Shown here piece by piece: positions 63,368-64,000 of a DNA stretch of 64,000 bases (position 1 is the stretch's first letter; the number at the start of each line of letters is the position of its first letter). The stretch is from Calditrichota bacterium (GTDB lineage Bacteria > Electryoneota > RPQS01). The DNA is taken from positions 1,110,078 to 1,174,077 of the forward strand of contig JACJWA010000001.1 in assembly GCA_020637395.1 (NCBI GenBank), in the 5' to 3' direction. The notes under the pieces were generated by a model that did not search any database, was not told where the DNA came from, and saw only the letters and a list, made by a program, of their open reading frames with translations. The translations under genes were made by a program, and so were the position numbers.

Positions 63368-64000
63368 GATTCAGCATTGTCGTCATTTCTTTCAATCAGC
63401 TTGACTTCATCAAACGGCTCACGAGTCAGCTTCTGAACCAGGGCTTTCCAACTGCTGAGTACGAGATCGTTCTTGTAGAGTGCGCTTCGACGGATGGTAC
63501 ATGCGAGTGGCTGTCCGGAGTGATAGACAGTCGCATGCGGCCGCTCGTTTTGGATGTTCCGTCCAACAGATCATTTGCCCGCAATCGAGGCATTGAAGCT
63601 GCGCGTGGCGACATCGTTGTAATGGTTGACGGCGATCATACCGTGCAGGACAACTTTCTTGAAGCTCATTGGAAGCTGCACGAGCAGCGCGAATGCGCCG
63701 TCGTTGGGAAATCCGACTTTGCAGAATCGAAAGCTCACGCCGCGCTGAATGCCTATTTGAATGGGGGGGGAGCAGCAAAACTTCCGACCGGATCATCTCT
63801 GCCGGGCAGGTATTTTTTGACCAGAAACTGTTCAGTACCAAAGCGGATTCTTCTGCAAATCGGCATGTTTGATGAGTCATTCGATCGCTGGGGCGGGGAA
63901 GATCTCGATCTTGGAGTTCGAATAGAGAACGCCGGTGTACCCATCTATGCGTCCACCGAGGCTCTGGCAATTCACCATCATTTTCGTTCGCTTGACGAAT
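63364..64000 (+). CDS. Family 2 glycosyltransferase (3' partial, runs off window)
   Basis: GTG start in a GTGA overlap. FSIVVISFN...VECASTDGT and DGD motifs. No stop before the window end. Contains a G8 tract. Confidence 0.6.
   Translation, partial: MRFSIVVISFNQLDFIKRLTSQLLNQGFPTAEYEIVLVECASTDGTCEWLSGVIDSRMRPLVLDVPSNRSFARNRGIEAARGDIVVMVDGDHTVQDNFLEAHWKLHEQRECAVVGKSDFAESKAHAALNAYLNGGGAAKLPTGSSLPGRYFLTRNCSVPKRILLQIGMFDESFDRWGGEDLDLGVRIENAGVPIYASTEALAIHHHFRSLDE

Noticed and set aside
63419-63970. 183-aa minus-strand ORF near the window end
   Set aside because: The opposite strand encodes a GT2 with clear motifs that runs off the window. It is absent from the track only because it lacks a stop.

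Overview
The window is a 64-kb stretch of a roughly 57-58% GC bacterial chromosome, gene-dense and mostly on the + strand. DUF5683-like proteins, a RodZ-like protein, PEGA-domain proteins and several outer-membrane beta-barrels point to a diderm of the FCB (Bacteroidota/Ignavibacteria-like) group. Core housekeeping blocks are clear: ligA-efp; accB-accC; gcvH-gcvPA-gcvPB; an exonuclease-fused dinG; uvrC-purL; tRNA-Arg(CCG); and the classic yceD-rpmF-plsX-fabH-fabD-fabG-acpP-fabF-rnc lipid operon. The accessory content is the interesting part. (1) A poly-gamma-glutamate locus (pgsB-pgsC plus a third gene that is not CapA-like), extended by a secreted tandem-domain protein and an outer-membrane barrel. 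(2) Convergent with it across a shared hairpin terminator, a five-gene minus-strand exopolysaccharide operon (GT2, flippase-like, PgaC/IcaA-like synthase with a QxxRW motif, NodB deacetylase, GT2) with overlapping stop and start codons. (3) An alpha-oxoamine synthase whose gene overlaps a GNAT-fold acyltransferase gene by 128 nt, with a divergent AMP-binding enzyme nearby. This looks like an amino-lipid (sphingolipid or sulfonolipid-like) module. (4) selA and selB separated by an NfeD-SPFH-PEGA-rluB insertion and an odd low-GC Cys/His mini-ORF, with no visible selC, selD or selenoprotein. (5) A second glycan locus at the 3' end (GT39-like, MOP flippase, GT4, GT2). Two G8 homopolymer tracts sit inside polysaccharide genes. 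No mobile elements, CRISPR arrays, rRNA or obvious defence systems were seen. Several ORF-track starts are too long because the track counts GTG/TTG as M. Corrected starts are given where stop/start overlaps or a terminator make them evident.
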